From the IMG/VR virus record IMGVR_UViG_3300010234_000033, positions 1 to 35,316 of that record: 35,316 nucleotides of DNA. One strand, 5' to 3'. The notes below the pieces were generated by a model. That model did no database searches. It saw nothing but the letters and a program-made list of their open reading frames with translations, and had not been told where the DNA came from. Position 1 is the first letter of the stretch, and each line of letters begins with the position of its first letter. Positions 26,403 to 34,727 of the stretch are shown in pieces. Origin of the DNA: a virus (lineage: Duplodnaviria; Caudoviricetes). Made by a program: the position numbers and the translations under genes.

Positions 26403-27127
26403 GGGAGCGCCTTGTCCCATCTGTTTTTAGAATCTAAATTCATTTTTATAATTCTCGGATAACCTGATTTGCTTATAATCATACAACCTAATAATGGTTT
26501 AGGTATGTGATTTTTCCCATAAGCAAAGGCCATTGACTCGCGGTCGATTAAGCAACCAGCATAAGCGTCAAACCTTTCATCTATGGCCGTAGCTTGCCAG
26601 ATTATTTGCATTTTCCCATGGAAGTGCCCTTGCACTGCTCCATAACAGCCCATTTCTTTAACCAACTTACCATTTGCACTTGTCTTGCCATGGCACAAAT
26701 AAATATCTCCCATTTTGGTTTGAAGTATAATCTCTTCATGCCATGACCATTTTTTAACACCTAGTATCTCATTATAGCTTTTAAATAAATGTCTAGGTAG
26801 GCCGTGATGTTTTTGGCGGCGATAAACTAATGACCCATGATTAGATTCACAAAGGTACATTTTAGGGAATATTGCCTCTAGGCGCTTAATTGAATCAATT
26901 GCAGCTTCAAGTTCTCCAGAGGGGCTAAATTGCATGTCTGGGTCGGTGTCATGGAAGCTTATAGAATGAGAGTCAATCTCATCACCTAGATTTATAACAA
27001 GTGAATTTTTATCTAGGTATTTTTCTTTTACGGCTATTAAAAATGAGTATAAGTCAGGATGCTCGAAAGGAGCGTGCGCGTCTGGGATAACGAGACACCG
27101 CTTGTTTTTAGCGTTAAGCAACTTCAC
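26399..27127 (-). CDS. calcineurin-like metallophosphoesterase
   Basis: DAH, GDEID, SNH, HG and GHFH motifs in canonical order. Confidence 0.85.
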   Translation of the reverse strand: MKLLNAKNKRCLVIPDAHAPFEHPDLYSFLIAVKEKYLDKNSLVINLGDEIDSHSISFHDTDPDMQFSPSGELEAAIDSIKRLEAIFPKMYLCESNHGSLVYRRQKHHGLPRHLFKSYNEILGVKKWSWHEEIILQTKMGDIYLCHGKTSANGKLVKEMGCYGAVQGHFHGKMQIIWQATAIDERFDAYAGCLIDRESMAFAYGKNHIPKPLLGCMIISKSGYPRIIKMNLDSKNRWDKALP

Positions 27128-27183
27128 TTAATTAGTGTTAATTAAAAACTGATTTTTTGCAAATTTGAAAGTTTCAAGGTCGG

Positions 27184-28836
27184 TTATTTAAAAATGTCAT
27201 TCATTCTTTTTGTGCCAGATATCGCTGCTTCGATGTTTTTATCTTTACGTGCGTTAATTAAATCTATCGCATAACCGTGTTGCCTGCGACCCATTAAGGT
27301 TAAGCAAAAAGCAACAACCCTATCGCGCCCATTAAGTTCGACAATACCGTTTTCGCCTCGTGTAATCATTCCAATTTCTTCGATTAGTAATATATCTAAA
27401 ATGTGCCCAACCTCATCTCTAATTTTTGATATCGCTTCGTTAAGCATGTCGTTTTTAGAGACTTTAGTGGTCCGCCAACCGTAATTAGTTCTAACCTCTC
27501 TGGTTTGCTTATCCTCAATAACTTCTTTATAGAGCTTAGGATATCCGCTATTTTTAATCGTCGTGACTGTCGTGTGACCCATATTGTTACACTCTGGGAT
27601 AATTAAGGCAGTATTATAAAGCTCGCCCAACTCCATTAATAAGTGCCCAAACATGTCGGGATCTATTTTCCCATGCCAACGCGCAACCTGATTATATTCA
27701 TGGTCCATTATGTATAAGCTCGAAGCGTCTCCAATTGCCAAACCTTCCGAAATATCAGCACCGATATAATATAGCTTTTTAGCCCTAGGAGGTGCATAAA
27801 TCTTAAGCCCGTCAAAAAACTGCATTATTAAATAAGACTTGCTTAAATTTAACTTGTGCTTAATGTCGTTAATCTTATTATTTTGCAATCTGTTGGTTAT
27901 TTTTGTAACTGCATCAAGATCAAACACCGGAGAACCTGTGTATAAAAACATCTCATTGTCATCCAATGGAAAATCTTGTTTAAATCGCTCCTCTGGAGAA
28001 TATAATTGTAATTCATCACTTTGCTGATATTCACTCAATTTTAACCTCCTCCACATTAGATTATGTTCAGTAACACCAGGATGTCTTTTCATAACGTCTT
28101 TTTCGTATTTAGTGAGCTTAAAATCGTCAGGTGGCTTGATTATATAATCGTCGACTTCATACCATGCGATAAAAAACCACTTATAAATAGAATCACCCCG
28201 TTTAGCAGCCTGTGCAAGATCAAAAAACGGCTTACCTATTCCAGCGCGTCCGTTTCCGGTCGATTCCTTAATTATAGTAGTTCCTTTCGCTAAAGGGATT
28301 GAGTTTTGAATACCGTCATCAATTTCTAGCATGTATCGAATAAAGGCAGCCTCACTAATATGCGCGAACATACGAGAGTCAGACCTTCCAGCATTAGGGT
28401 CGTTCCCAGTGCCAAATAAAAGCTCATTCCCTAGCCCTGGTTTAATACTTCTTTTGGCCATATCAGGGTTATCAAAAACAAGCTTTTCAGTGTTGTTAAT
28501 AGATATCATTGGAAGCAATTCTTTTGGATAGTTCTCTATAAATACGCCATACATCTTTTTTATAGACATCGTTCGATCATATTTGTCGGCTATAGCTATT
28601 CCGCCATGCCTTTCGAGTGTTGTTAGCTCATTAAAAAATTGGCCGCTGACATCGGTAGTAAACCCACATTGCCTAGGTTTTCCAACTGCTATTCTCACAG
28701 GTCCATTGATTGATTTTTTAAACTCATTAAACCTTAATTGATATTTTCTAAGGTTAAACGGCTGAATGCCATTGGTTTTGGTTTTAATCTTTAAGAAGTT
28801 TTTAGCGTAATAAGGATAATTAAAGAGGTCGTGCAT
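27184..28836 (-). CDS. terL: terminase large subunit
   Basis: KPRQCGFTT Walker A, HISEAAF Walker B, ESTGNG, and YIGADISEG nuclease motif. Confidence 0.92.
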   Translation of the reverse strand: MHDLFNYPYYAKNFLKIKTKTNGIQPFNLRKYQLRFNEFKKSINGPVRIAVGKPRQCGFTTDVSGQFFNELTTLERHGGIAIADKYDRTMSIKKMYGVFIENYPKELLPMISINNTEKLVFDNPDMAKRSIKPGLGNELLFGTGNDPNAGRSDSRMFAHISEAAFIRYMLEIDDGIQNSIPLAKGTTIIKESTGNGRAGIGKPFFDLAQAAKRGDSIYKWFFIAWYEVDDYIIKPPDDFKLTKYEKDVMKRHPGVTEHNLMWRRLKLSEYQQSDELQLYSPEERFKQDFPLDDNEMFLYTGSPVFDLDAVTKITNRLQNNKINDIKHKLNLSKSYLIMQFFDGLKIYAPPRAKKLYYIGADISEGLAIGDASSLYIMDHEYNQVARWHGKIDPDMFGHLLMELGELYNTALIIPECNNMGHTTVTTIKNSGYPKLYKEVIEDKQTREVRTNYGWRTTKVSKNDMLNEAISKIRDEVGHILDILLIEEIGMITRGENGIVELNGRDRVVAFCLTLMGRRQHGYAIDLINARKDKNIEAAISGTKRMNDIFK

Positions 28837-29014
28837 TGTTATTACTCTCGGATAATTCTCTTTTTAAAACCTTATTTTCTGCCATAACAAGCCTATTTCT
28901 ACTATGCTCATCTGAGAGTAAATTCATTAGATAAAAACAAAGGCACACGGATAAAAAACCTGCCATTATAAAGAATATTTCAAAGAAAAATAAAGATTGT
29001 TCAGAAAAACACAT
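28820..29014 (-). CDS. small membrane protein
   Basis: Hydrophobic N-terminal half plus a short coil; overlaps the terL start. Confidence 0.55.
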   Translation of the reverse strand: MCFSEQSLFFFEIFFIMAGFLSVCLCFYLMNLLSDEHSRNRLVMAENKVLKRELSESNNNARPL

Positions 29015-29126
29015 AACACGCCTTGATTAAGATTTTTCGATAATACGTTTTAGCTTTAAGAGGCGGCGGCGATTTTCACCGTCCGCCGTGACAAGTAGTG
29101 TATTAATTAAATACAAGCACTCGTCT

Positions 29127-29663
29127 TTATTCTTCTGATTCAATCTCAAAATACTTTAAAAATTCACTTTCGCGCAAAATACGTCTATCAATTACAACCT
29201 TAGCGTCGGGATAATCTCCCTCTTCCGGCATGAACCCACGCCTTATTTTACGGTCTAGCTCTTTTCCGATCTGTTCTTCACCTTCAATAGTTCTAGGAAT
29301 ATAAAAGGTGTACATGTCAGTTAAGCGCACATCATCAAACTTTTTACTGTATTTATACTTTTCACCTAGTTCTAATCTATAGGCACCGGCATCTAACTTA
29401 ACGTGGTGAGTCGCCTCATTTGTGCATTTGTCCATTTCTAATTTGTTTAAAATATACTCATCGGGAACCGAAATTAATTTACGTTGTCTAAGGAATGTTA
29501 AAAACCTCACAAACACATCGCCCGTCTCGTTATCCTTAAACGTTTTTCTAAGCGCCTTAATTGAGTCCTTATAACGTTTTAGCTCTACCTCTGAATCAAT
29601 CCTTGAATAACTTTTAATAAGCTCATTTACGCCTGCCATGGCGTCTGATTTTGTCTTAGTCAT
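29127..29663 (-). CDS. hypothetical protein
   Basis: 178 aa; AAGGA RBS. Confidence 0.75.
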   Translation of the reverse strand: MTKTKSDAMAGVNELIKSYSRIDSEVELKRYKDSIKALRKTFKDNETGDVFVRFLTFLRQRKLISVPDEYILNKLEMDKCTNEATHHVKLDAGAYRLELGEKYKYSKKFDDVRLTDMYTFYIPRTIEGEEQIGKELDRKIRRGFMPEEGDYPDAKVVIDRRILRESEFLKYFEIESEE

Positions 29664-29677
29664 AATAATCCTTTATT

Positions 29678-29785
29678 TTAAAATTTAAACCCTAATAATC
29701 CAATAAAAACGCCCATGAATAGACCCAGTGAAAATAAGCACGTTAAAAGCAAATCAGCGTCAAGATTACAGATTGATTCATTCAC
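29678..29785 (-). CDS. 35-aa single-TM peptide (not in ORF track)
   Basis: GTG start overlapping the terS end: MNESICNLDADLLLTCLFSLGLFMGVFIGLLGFKF. Confidence 0.45.
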   Translation of the reverse strand: MNESICNLDADLLLTCLFSLGLFMGVFIGLLGFKF

Positions 29786-30245
29786 TTTTCTTGGTCCTTA
29801 CTTTTTTTAAATACTCTTCGATACCACCAACACTTGCCTTTACATTTAGTTTGTCGTTCCACATACCTAAATGCCTGCCTATTAACTCATTAGCTCTTAA
29901 GGCGCCTTTAGAATCAAAGATAAAATCTCCCGTTGGTTTTCCCTCACGGTCGGTTGCCTCAACGGCTTGCATACACCTATCTCTAATTTCCATTATTGAT
30001 GAGAGAACATTATCGGCACTGACTCTTACTTTTTCAGCTCGCTCATCTAGCAAATCATTAATACGCTGCACAACGTGAACTTTAGTGAACATTCTAGCGC
30101 CTAGCGTCTTAGAGGATTCATAAGATGCTCCAGGGTGTGAGAACTGGTATGCTTTTAATTGATTTAAGGTTTCAATATATTTTTGGCAAAACAGTTCTTC
30201 TGTGTCGCTTAAATTTGTAATATTATCTTTTTTCTCTCTTGGCAT
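29778..30245 (-). CDS. terS: terminase small subunit
   Basis: LSDTEELFCQKY...AYQ, VSADNVL and ALRANELIGRHLGMW are Terminase_2-type motifs. Confidence 0.88.
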   Translation of the reverse strand: MPREKKDNITNLSDTEELFCQKYIETLNQLKAYQFSHPGASYESSKTLGARMFTKVHVVQRINDLLDERAEKVRVSADNVLSSIMEIRDRCMQAVEATDREGKPTGDFIFDSKGALRANELIGRHLGMWNDKLNVKASVGGIEEYLKKVRTKKSE

Positions 30246-30252
30246 GAAAAAA

Positions 30253-30792
30253 TCATAAAGCTAGACCGTCAACTACCGTATTGTTTTTCGAGTATTCGAT
30301 TTTTTCTTTTAGATTTTTAATTTCTTTTTCTGTGGTTTGTGGATCTGTGAAAATGCTTAATTGCCTTTGAAGTTCTAATCGCTCCTCGAGATTTTTTATC
30401 TCGAGTTCTTTATATTTCTCTTTTATTGAATCTAGTAATATTTTGGTTTCGCTTAGTTTTGGGTCTTCCTTCCCAAACATTAACCACATCACGGTTATGG
30501 CATCAATTTCGGCATTGTCGAATTGAGGGAGTATATTCCATAGGAGTTTTTTTTCTTGCCATATTTTATTGAAGAAAACTGCTAAAACTAGCACCTCCTC
30601 ATAAAAAGCTGTTCTCCTCCCGTTTTCCCTATCTGAGTAACAACCCATAGGGATATTGGTCCCCTGTGAAACATCAATTAATTTTAACTTTAATTTTTCC
30701 CTTACCCATTGCAATCGTTTATGCATCGGGTTGGCTTCGCTTAATGCCTTTCTTACCTGTGCTCTGTCGCCTCTTTTCCTTTTACCGTCCAT
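30253..30792 (-). CDS. XRE-family HTH regulator with C-terminal coiled coil
   Basis: RLQWVREKLKLKLIDVSQGTNIP...YSDRENGRR. Confidence 0.7.
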   Translation of the reverse strand: MDGKRKRGDRAQVRKALSEANPMHKRLQWVREKLKLKLIDVSQGTNIPMGCYSDRENGRRTAFYEEVLVLAVFFNKIWQEKKLLWNILPQFDNAEIDAITVMWLMFGKEDPKLSETKILLDSIKEKYKELEIKNLEERLELQRQLSIFTDPQTTEKEIKNLKEKIEYSKNNTVVDGLAL

Positions 30793-30809
30793 TGGTATTG
30801 CCTTTAGTT

Positions 30810-31169
30810 TTACTTGTGTTTAATTACTATCGTACTGTCTTTTGTGCTGTCGAAATCTCCAAGTAAACCATAGCTCTCAACTTTGTTATTTTCAAATTTT
30901 ACAAAATATTTTTCATGCTCATAATTTCCATAACCCACAAAACGCCTTGTGTAATAAATCCAATAAAGAGTGCTGCCTTTAGCACTTTTACTTTTTGGTT
31001 CTCCTTTAATAATTTTTACTTCTTTTTGGGTTTGGCCTAATTGTAGACCTTTTTCCCTTAATTCTCTTCGCTCCTTTTCACGCTTAACCTGCTCATGCCA
31101 TGATTCAGGGGCTAAATCTGGAAACATTCCACAACCTTGAAATAATATACATAATATTAAAACTTTCAT
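30810..31169 (-). CDS. lipoprotein with SmpA/BamE-like domain
   Basis: MKVLILCILFQGC lipobox; LQLGQTQKEV..IKGEP...WIYY...VKFENNKV. Confidence 0.7.
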   Translation of the reverse strand: MKVLILCILFQGCGMFPDLAPESWHEQVKREKERRELREKGLQLGQTQKEVKIIKGEPKSKSAKGSTLYWIYYTRRFVGYGNYEHEKYFVKFENNKVESYGLLGDFDSTKDSTIVIKHK

Positions 31170-31192
31170 AAAACCGCCTTTGCTGGATTAAT

Positions 31193-31201
31193 ATTATAGC
31201 A
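31193..31201 (-). promoter_or_regulatory. extended -10 promoter for the leftward arc
   Basis: Minus strand TGCTATAAT about 25 nt upstream of the 31169 start. Confidence 0.55.
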
Positions 31202-31211
31202 TGAAATTAAG

Positions 31212-31284
31212 TTATCCACATTTTGACGCGAGTTATCCACATAACTATTCAAATAATTACAATGAGTTAAATTAGTTATTCACA
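31212..31284 (+). promoter_or_regulatory. three DnaA boxes, putative replication origin
   Basis: TTATCCACA at 31212 and 31233, TTATTCACA at 31276; same orientation; AT-rich flank. Confidence 0.7.
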
Positions 31285-31677
31285 TCAATTTTAATGCTTA
31301 ACGTTGTTTTTTTATTGATTTTTTGCATTTTCCTGAAAAATTTAATAATAGGAGGGGAAGGAATTTTGTGGCAAGTTCAAGGAGGCAATTTAACCTAGAC
31401 GCCTTAGAGGGCTAGACGGTTATTGCCTTGATGTTTTAAACACCATGAATCGCTTTGCGAGGGCAGGAACCCTAAGATAAACTTAGGCCCTATTTTAGAG
31501 CTAATTTTAAACTATGTAAAATTTACAACCCTTAGTTTTACTTATAGTTAATCGGCTAACCTATAAGCTTAAATTATACCTTAATAATAACATACACTTA
31601 AACCATGAACAAATACCCGACAATAATACTTACTATTAAATTAAATATATATTATAGTATTAAAAAAGGCGGTTATC

Positions 31678-31938
31678 ATGAATCAAGGCAAGTTAAATAA
31701 GACATTTATTGAATCACTACTTAAAGAGGTTATGCCAGCGGTTAAGGCTAATAATGGTGACGATCTAAACTATGAATTTGAACAAAATAATGCGTTTTTT
31801 GAGAGTGTTTACGACCACTTAGAGAACGCTCTTTTTGAGTACATGCAAGATAATTTGGAGTATGTAGGTGATTCCAAAGACTTAGAGCATCATATTGATA
31901 GGGCCATTCAGAGAACTAATGATTTAAAGAATTTATAA
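31678..31938 (+). CDS. acidic hypothetical protein, first gene of the early arc
   Basis: AAAGGCGGT RBS-like motif. Confidence 0.7.
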   Translation: MNQGKLNKTFIESLLKEVMPAVKANNGDDLNYEFEQNNAFFESVYDHLENALFEYMQDNLEYVGDSKDLEHHIDRAIQRTNDLKNL

Positions 31939-31984
31939 AAGGCGGTTTAATGGAATACCTTATAAAAATAACAAAGGAATTATT

Positions 31985-32284
31985 ATGGAAAATTTAAGAC
32001 GTGTATTTATTTCAACTCATATTTATAGCGATAATCCTGGTTACGACAAGGTCGCAAATTATGACACTAGAAAGGAGGTTGAAACTCCTGATAGATTCCA
32101 CAAAAATATTAAGGTTTATAATACAACGCCCAAATATCAAAAAATTGTCGAGCTGGAGGGATTCTTTCATTGTTTCCAAACTGAAAGCTCAGACAATGAG
32201 CATTATACGGTTGCAGTAATTGAAAAACTTAATGGTCAAGTTATGATAGTTGACGCTAATCATATTAGATTTATGGATAGGTGA
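31985..32284 (+). CDS. hypothetical protein
   Basis: AAGGA RBS; C-terminal TVAVIEKLNGQVMIVDANHIRF motif. Confidence 0.7.
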   Translation: MENLRRVFISTHIYSDNPGYDKVANYDTRKEVETPDRFHKNIKVYNTTPKYQKIVELEGFFHCFQTESSDNEHYTVAVIEKLNGQVMIVDANHIRFMDR

Positions 32285-32287
32285 TTT

Positions 32288-32479
32288 ATGGGACGATGTA
32301 AAAAAAATGAACGCAACGCTGGCAGACCTCTCAAGGGTGACAAGCCCAGAATTGCTACTTCGATTAGTATTGACTCGGACGCTTTTAACGACCTTAAAAA
32401 GCTATTTCCGGTCTTTAGCGAAGGCGTTGAGGTAGCAATTAAAGAATATCTTAAAAATATAGGCGAAACCGATGAGTAA
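32288..32479 (+). CDS. ribbon-helix-helix (CopG/BrnA-like) DNA-binding protein
   Basis: AGRP motif, then ATSISID strand and two helices. Confidence 0.6.
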   Translation: MGRCKKNERNAGRPLKGDKPRIATSISIDSDAFNDLKKLFPVFSEGVEVAIKEYLKNIGETDE

Positions 32480-32705
32480 AAAACTCTATTCCAATGAGAT
32501 TAACAAGGCCTTACTTTTAAAGTTAAACAACACAACTCTTATAGAAGTTGAAAAGCTAACCAAAATTAACAAAGTGAGAATACACCGGATTAGAAATAAG
32601 ATCGGGAACCCATGCACTATGAGAGAATTATCAATATTTGAAAAGTCGGGAGTTATTAATATTGCTGACATTTTTCAAAATATCAAAAAGAATTTGCAAA
32701 AATGA
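32472..32705 (+). CDS. Cro-like HTH protein
   Basis: TTLIEVEKLTKINKVRIHRIRN. Confidence 0.5.
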   Translation: MSKKLYSNEINKALLLKLNNTTLIEVEKLTKINKVRIHRIRNKIGNPCTMRELSIFEKSGVINIADIFQNIKKNLQK

Positions 32706-32739
32706 AATTAGTATAATACAAAAATAAAAGGCGGTATTT

Positions 32740-33540
32740 ATGACAAATTTAATTAAACAAGAATCTATCTTGTTCCAACCCGAAACGGTTAAAGAGTTAT
32801 TTGCGACGTGTGCTTCGTTAGCTAAAACTCCTTTTTTAAAACCTGAATTAAGAAATAAACCCGAAGCGGTTTTAAGCATAATTCTGTTAGCTAAAGAGAT
32901 TGGTGTTCAGCCAATGACAGCACTTGCAAAAATGCATTTTATCCAAGGGCAACCAACATTGCCGGTCCAAATGATGTTAGCACTAGCCAAAGAGTACGAT
33001 AAAACTATCAAGTATAAAGTAGAACAGGATAACAAAAACGAAAGTGTTACTGTTAGCGCGATTGACAGTGACGGTGATGTTTTAGCCTCTTCTACATGGG
33101 ACGCTACAAGAGCTTCAAAAATGGGGTTACTGGGGCGCGACCAATATAAAAAGCAACCTTTAACTATGTATAAATGGCGAGCGACCGCCGAGGTTATTAG
33201 GTTTGTTTGTCCTCAAGCCGTTAATGGTCTATTGGGCACCGAAGAGTTTAAAGACTTAGACGGCAAAATAATAGAAGTTAAAACTTTAGATCAAGAGTTA
33301 GAAGAGGATTTTCCAATACCAGAGGCTGAAAAAACTATAGGTAATTTATACCGTATTCAAAATGGTAAGCATCGCGGTTCTCAGTTACAAGATTTTTCAA
33401 GAGAAGAGCTGGAAGAATATAAAGAACAATTAGAAAAACAACTAACCTCTAAATCTGTTAGGCCATGGCACGATAGTTTGCACCATGTAATTTCTAACTA
33501 TTTAGATCAATACGACCATTTTAAAGCATTGCAGGATTAA
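32740..33540 (+). CDS. RecT/Redbeta-like single-strand annealing protein
   Basis: KPEAV...EIGVQPMTAL..MHFIQGQP, RASKMGL and YKKQPLTMYKWRA. Confidence 0.75.
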   Translation: MTNLIKQESILFQPETVKELFATCASLAKTPFLKPELRNKPEAVLSIILLAKEIGVQPMTALAKMHFIQGQPTLPVQMMLALAKEYDKTIKYKVEQDNKNESVTVSAIDSDGDVLASSTWDATRASKMGLLGRDQYKKQPLTMYKWRATAEVIRFVCPQAVNGLLGTEEFKDLDGKIIEVKTLDQELEEDFPIPEAEKTIGNLYRIQNGKHRGSQLQDFSREELEEYKEQLEKQLTSKSVRPWHDSLHHVISNYLDQYDHFKALQD

Positions 33541-33825
33541 ATGATTAGTGAAAATCTAGTTTTAGAACTTTTAAACAAAATCATGGAAGTTAATAACAAA
33601 ACCGAAAAAGCAGTTTTCTTTGATTATTCGGGACATATTAACAACGTATCACTCAGGGTTTGTGCCGGTAAAAAAGGCGAGCACGTGAAAGACGATGACG
33701 GTTTTAAAATATACGACTATAACAAAGAACTTTTTGAAGCGCGTATAAGCTTAGAGCGTGCAGATGAGTATTATGTAAAAGATATCATTTTAAAGCTAGA
33801 TAGGTTTATTGATGAAAGTAATTAG
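33541..33825 (+). CDS. hypothetical protein
   Basis: Abuts the recombinase stop; VFFDYSGHIN motif. Confidence 0.7.
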   Translation: MISENLVLELLNKIMEVNNKTEKAVFFDYSGHINNVSLRVCAGKKGEHVKDDDGFKIYDYNKELFEARISLERADEYYVKDIILKLDRFIDESN

Positions 33826-33910
33826 GTATTTATTTTTTTTGTTATTAAGCTTAATTTTTGTGGCTTGGATGAGGTTTGTCTATAACGATGTTATTAACCC
33901 TGGTAAGTAG
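33812..33910 (+). CDS. 32-aa single-TM peptide (not in ORF track)
   Basis: MKVIRYLFFLLLSLIFVAWMRFVYNDVINPGK. Confidence 0.5.
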   Translation: MKVIRYLFFLLLSLIFVAWMRFVYNDVINPGK

Positions 33911-33916
33911 GTCCGT

Positions 33917-34066
33917 TTGTACACTGAATTAGTAAAAGAAAATTGGCTTACTACTCTCTTATTTGGGAGCAAATGCCGTAATTGTAAAAAAAGACATTAT
34001 AAAACAAGAATGGCTTTAGCCGGTAGGTTTTGCCCTTATTGTTTTTGTGTGTTTATGAAAGGATGA
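33917..34066 (+). CDS. 49-aa zinc-finger peptide (not in ORF track)
   Basis: TTG start; CRNC...CPYC. Confidence 0.45.
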   Translation: MYTELVKENWLTTLLFGSKCRNCKKRHYKTRMALAGRFCPYCFCVFMKG

Positions 34067-34074
34067 ATTTTATT

Positions 34075-34221
34075 ATGAAATATTTAAAGAGATTACTTTT
34101 ATTTATACCAGCATGGCTAGTAATGAGTTATGTCTTGATTTGTAACTATGGGTTCAACAAAAAAATACCACTCAACAAAATTGGTCGGTGGTTTTATAAA
34201 AAATGTGAATTTACGTTCTAA
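34075..34221 (+). CDS. small membrane protein (start revised)
   Basis: MKYLKRLLLFIPAWLVMSYVLIC; AAGGA upstream. Confidence 0.55.
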   Translation: MKYLKRLLLFIPAWLVMSYVLICNYGFNKKIPLNKIGRWFYKKCEFTF

Positions 34222-34236
34222 ATAAAAGCAGGAGTT

Positions 34237-34455
34237 ATGATGAGTAATGAATTTAATACAAAATACACAGACAAGGTTGTTAAAGATTCTATCCGTCTTT
34301 TAAAAGAAGTTGAAAGTTCTTTATTGAACTACAAACATCTTTATCATGAGCGAGTTGGATTAATTAAAGAGTTAACCATTAAACTCGCAAGAGCGGAAGC
34401 ATATATAGATAGTGTTGGTGAATTGAAAGGTTACAACGAAATTAATAATAAATAG
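34237..34455 (+). CDS. hypothetical protein
   Basis: AGGAG RBS. Confidence 0.7.
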   Translation: MMSNEFNTKYTDKVVKDSIRLLKEVESSLLNYKHLYHERVGLIKELTIKLARAEAYIDSVGELKGYNEINNK

Positions 34456-34469
34456 TTGCGAGGATTTTA

Positions 34470-34610
34470 ATGAATAGTTTAACCCTGGGGTTTTGGATAT
34501 TTACCTTTTTACTATGGAGTACTTTTTTGTTTCTTGAAAGAAGTAACGAAATTAGTTTTTACGTAATAGGTAGTTTAATGTTTATAATAGGACACCTTCA
34601 CAAAATATAA
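34470..34610 (+). CDS. 46-aa two-TM peptide (not in ORF track)
   Basis: MNSLTLGFWIFTFLLWSTFLF...FYVIGSLMFIIG; GAGGA RBS. Confidence 0.55.
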   Translation: MNSLTLGFWIFTFLLWSTFLFLERSNEISFYVIGSLMFIIGHLHKI

Positions 34611-34621
34611 GGTAAGATTTT

Positions 34622-34711
34622 ATGAAAGATACAGAATGTATATTTATAGTTGTTGCGTTAAACGCTTTATTGACCATGCTTATTGGTTTTAAGGTTTTTG
34701 AATTAGTATAA
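34622..34711 (+). CDS. 29-aa single-TM peptide (not in ORF track)
   Basis: MKDTECIFIVVALNALLTMLIGFKVFELV; AAGGT upstream. Confidence 0.5.
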   Translation: MKDTECIFIVVALNALLTMLIGFKVFELV

Positions 34712-34727
34712 ATGAATTAATTTTATT

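Noticed and set aside
31950-31997. 15-codon ORF MEYLIKITKELLWKI behind an AAAGGCGGT motif
   Set aside because: Too short to support as a gene and overlaps the next start; may be a remnant or translational coupler.
34510-34521. TACTATGGAGTA repeated at 34510 and 35270, flanking the HNH gene
   Set aside because: Only 12 bp, one copy is inside a small ORF about 200 bp from the HNH gene; not convincing as a target-site duplication.
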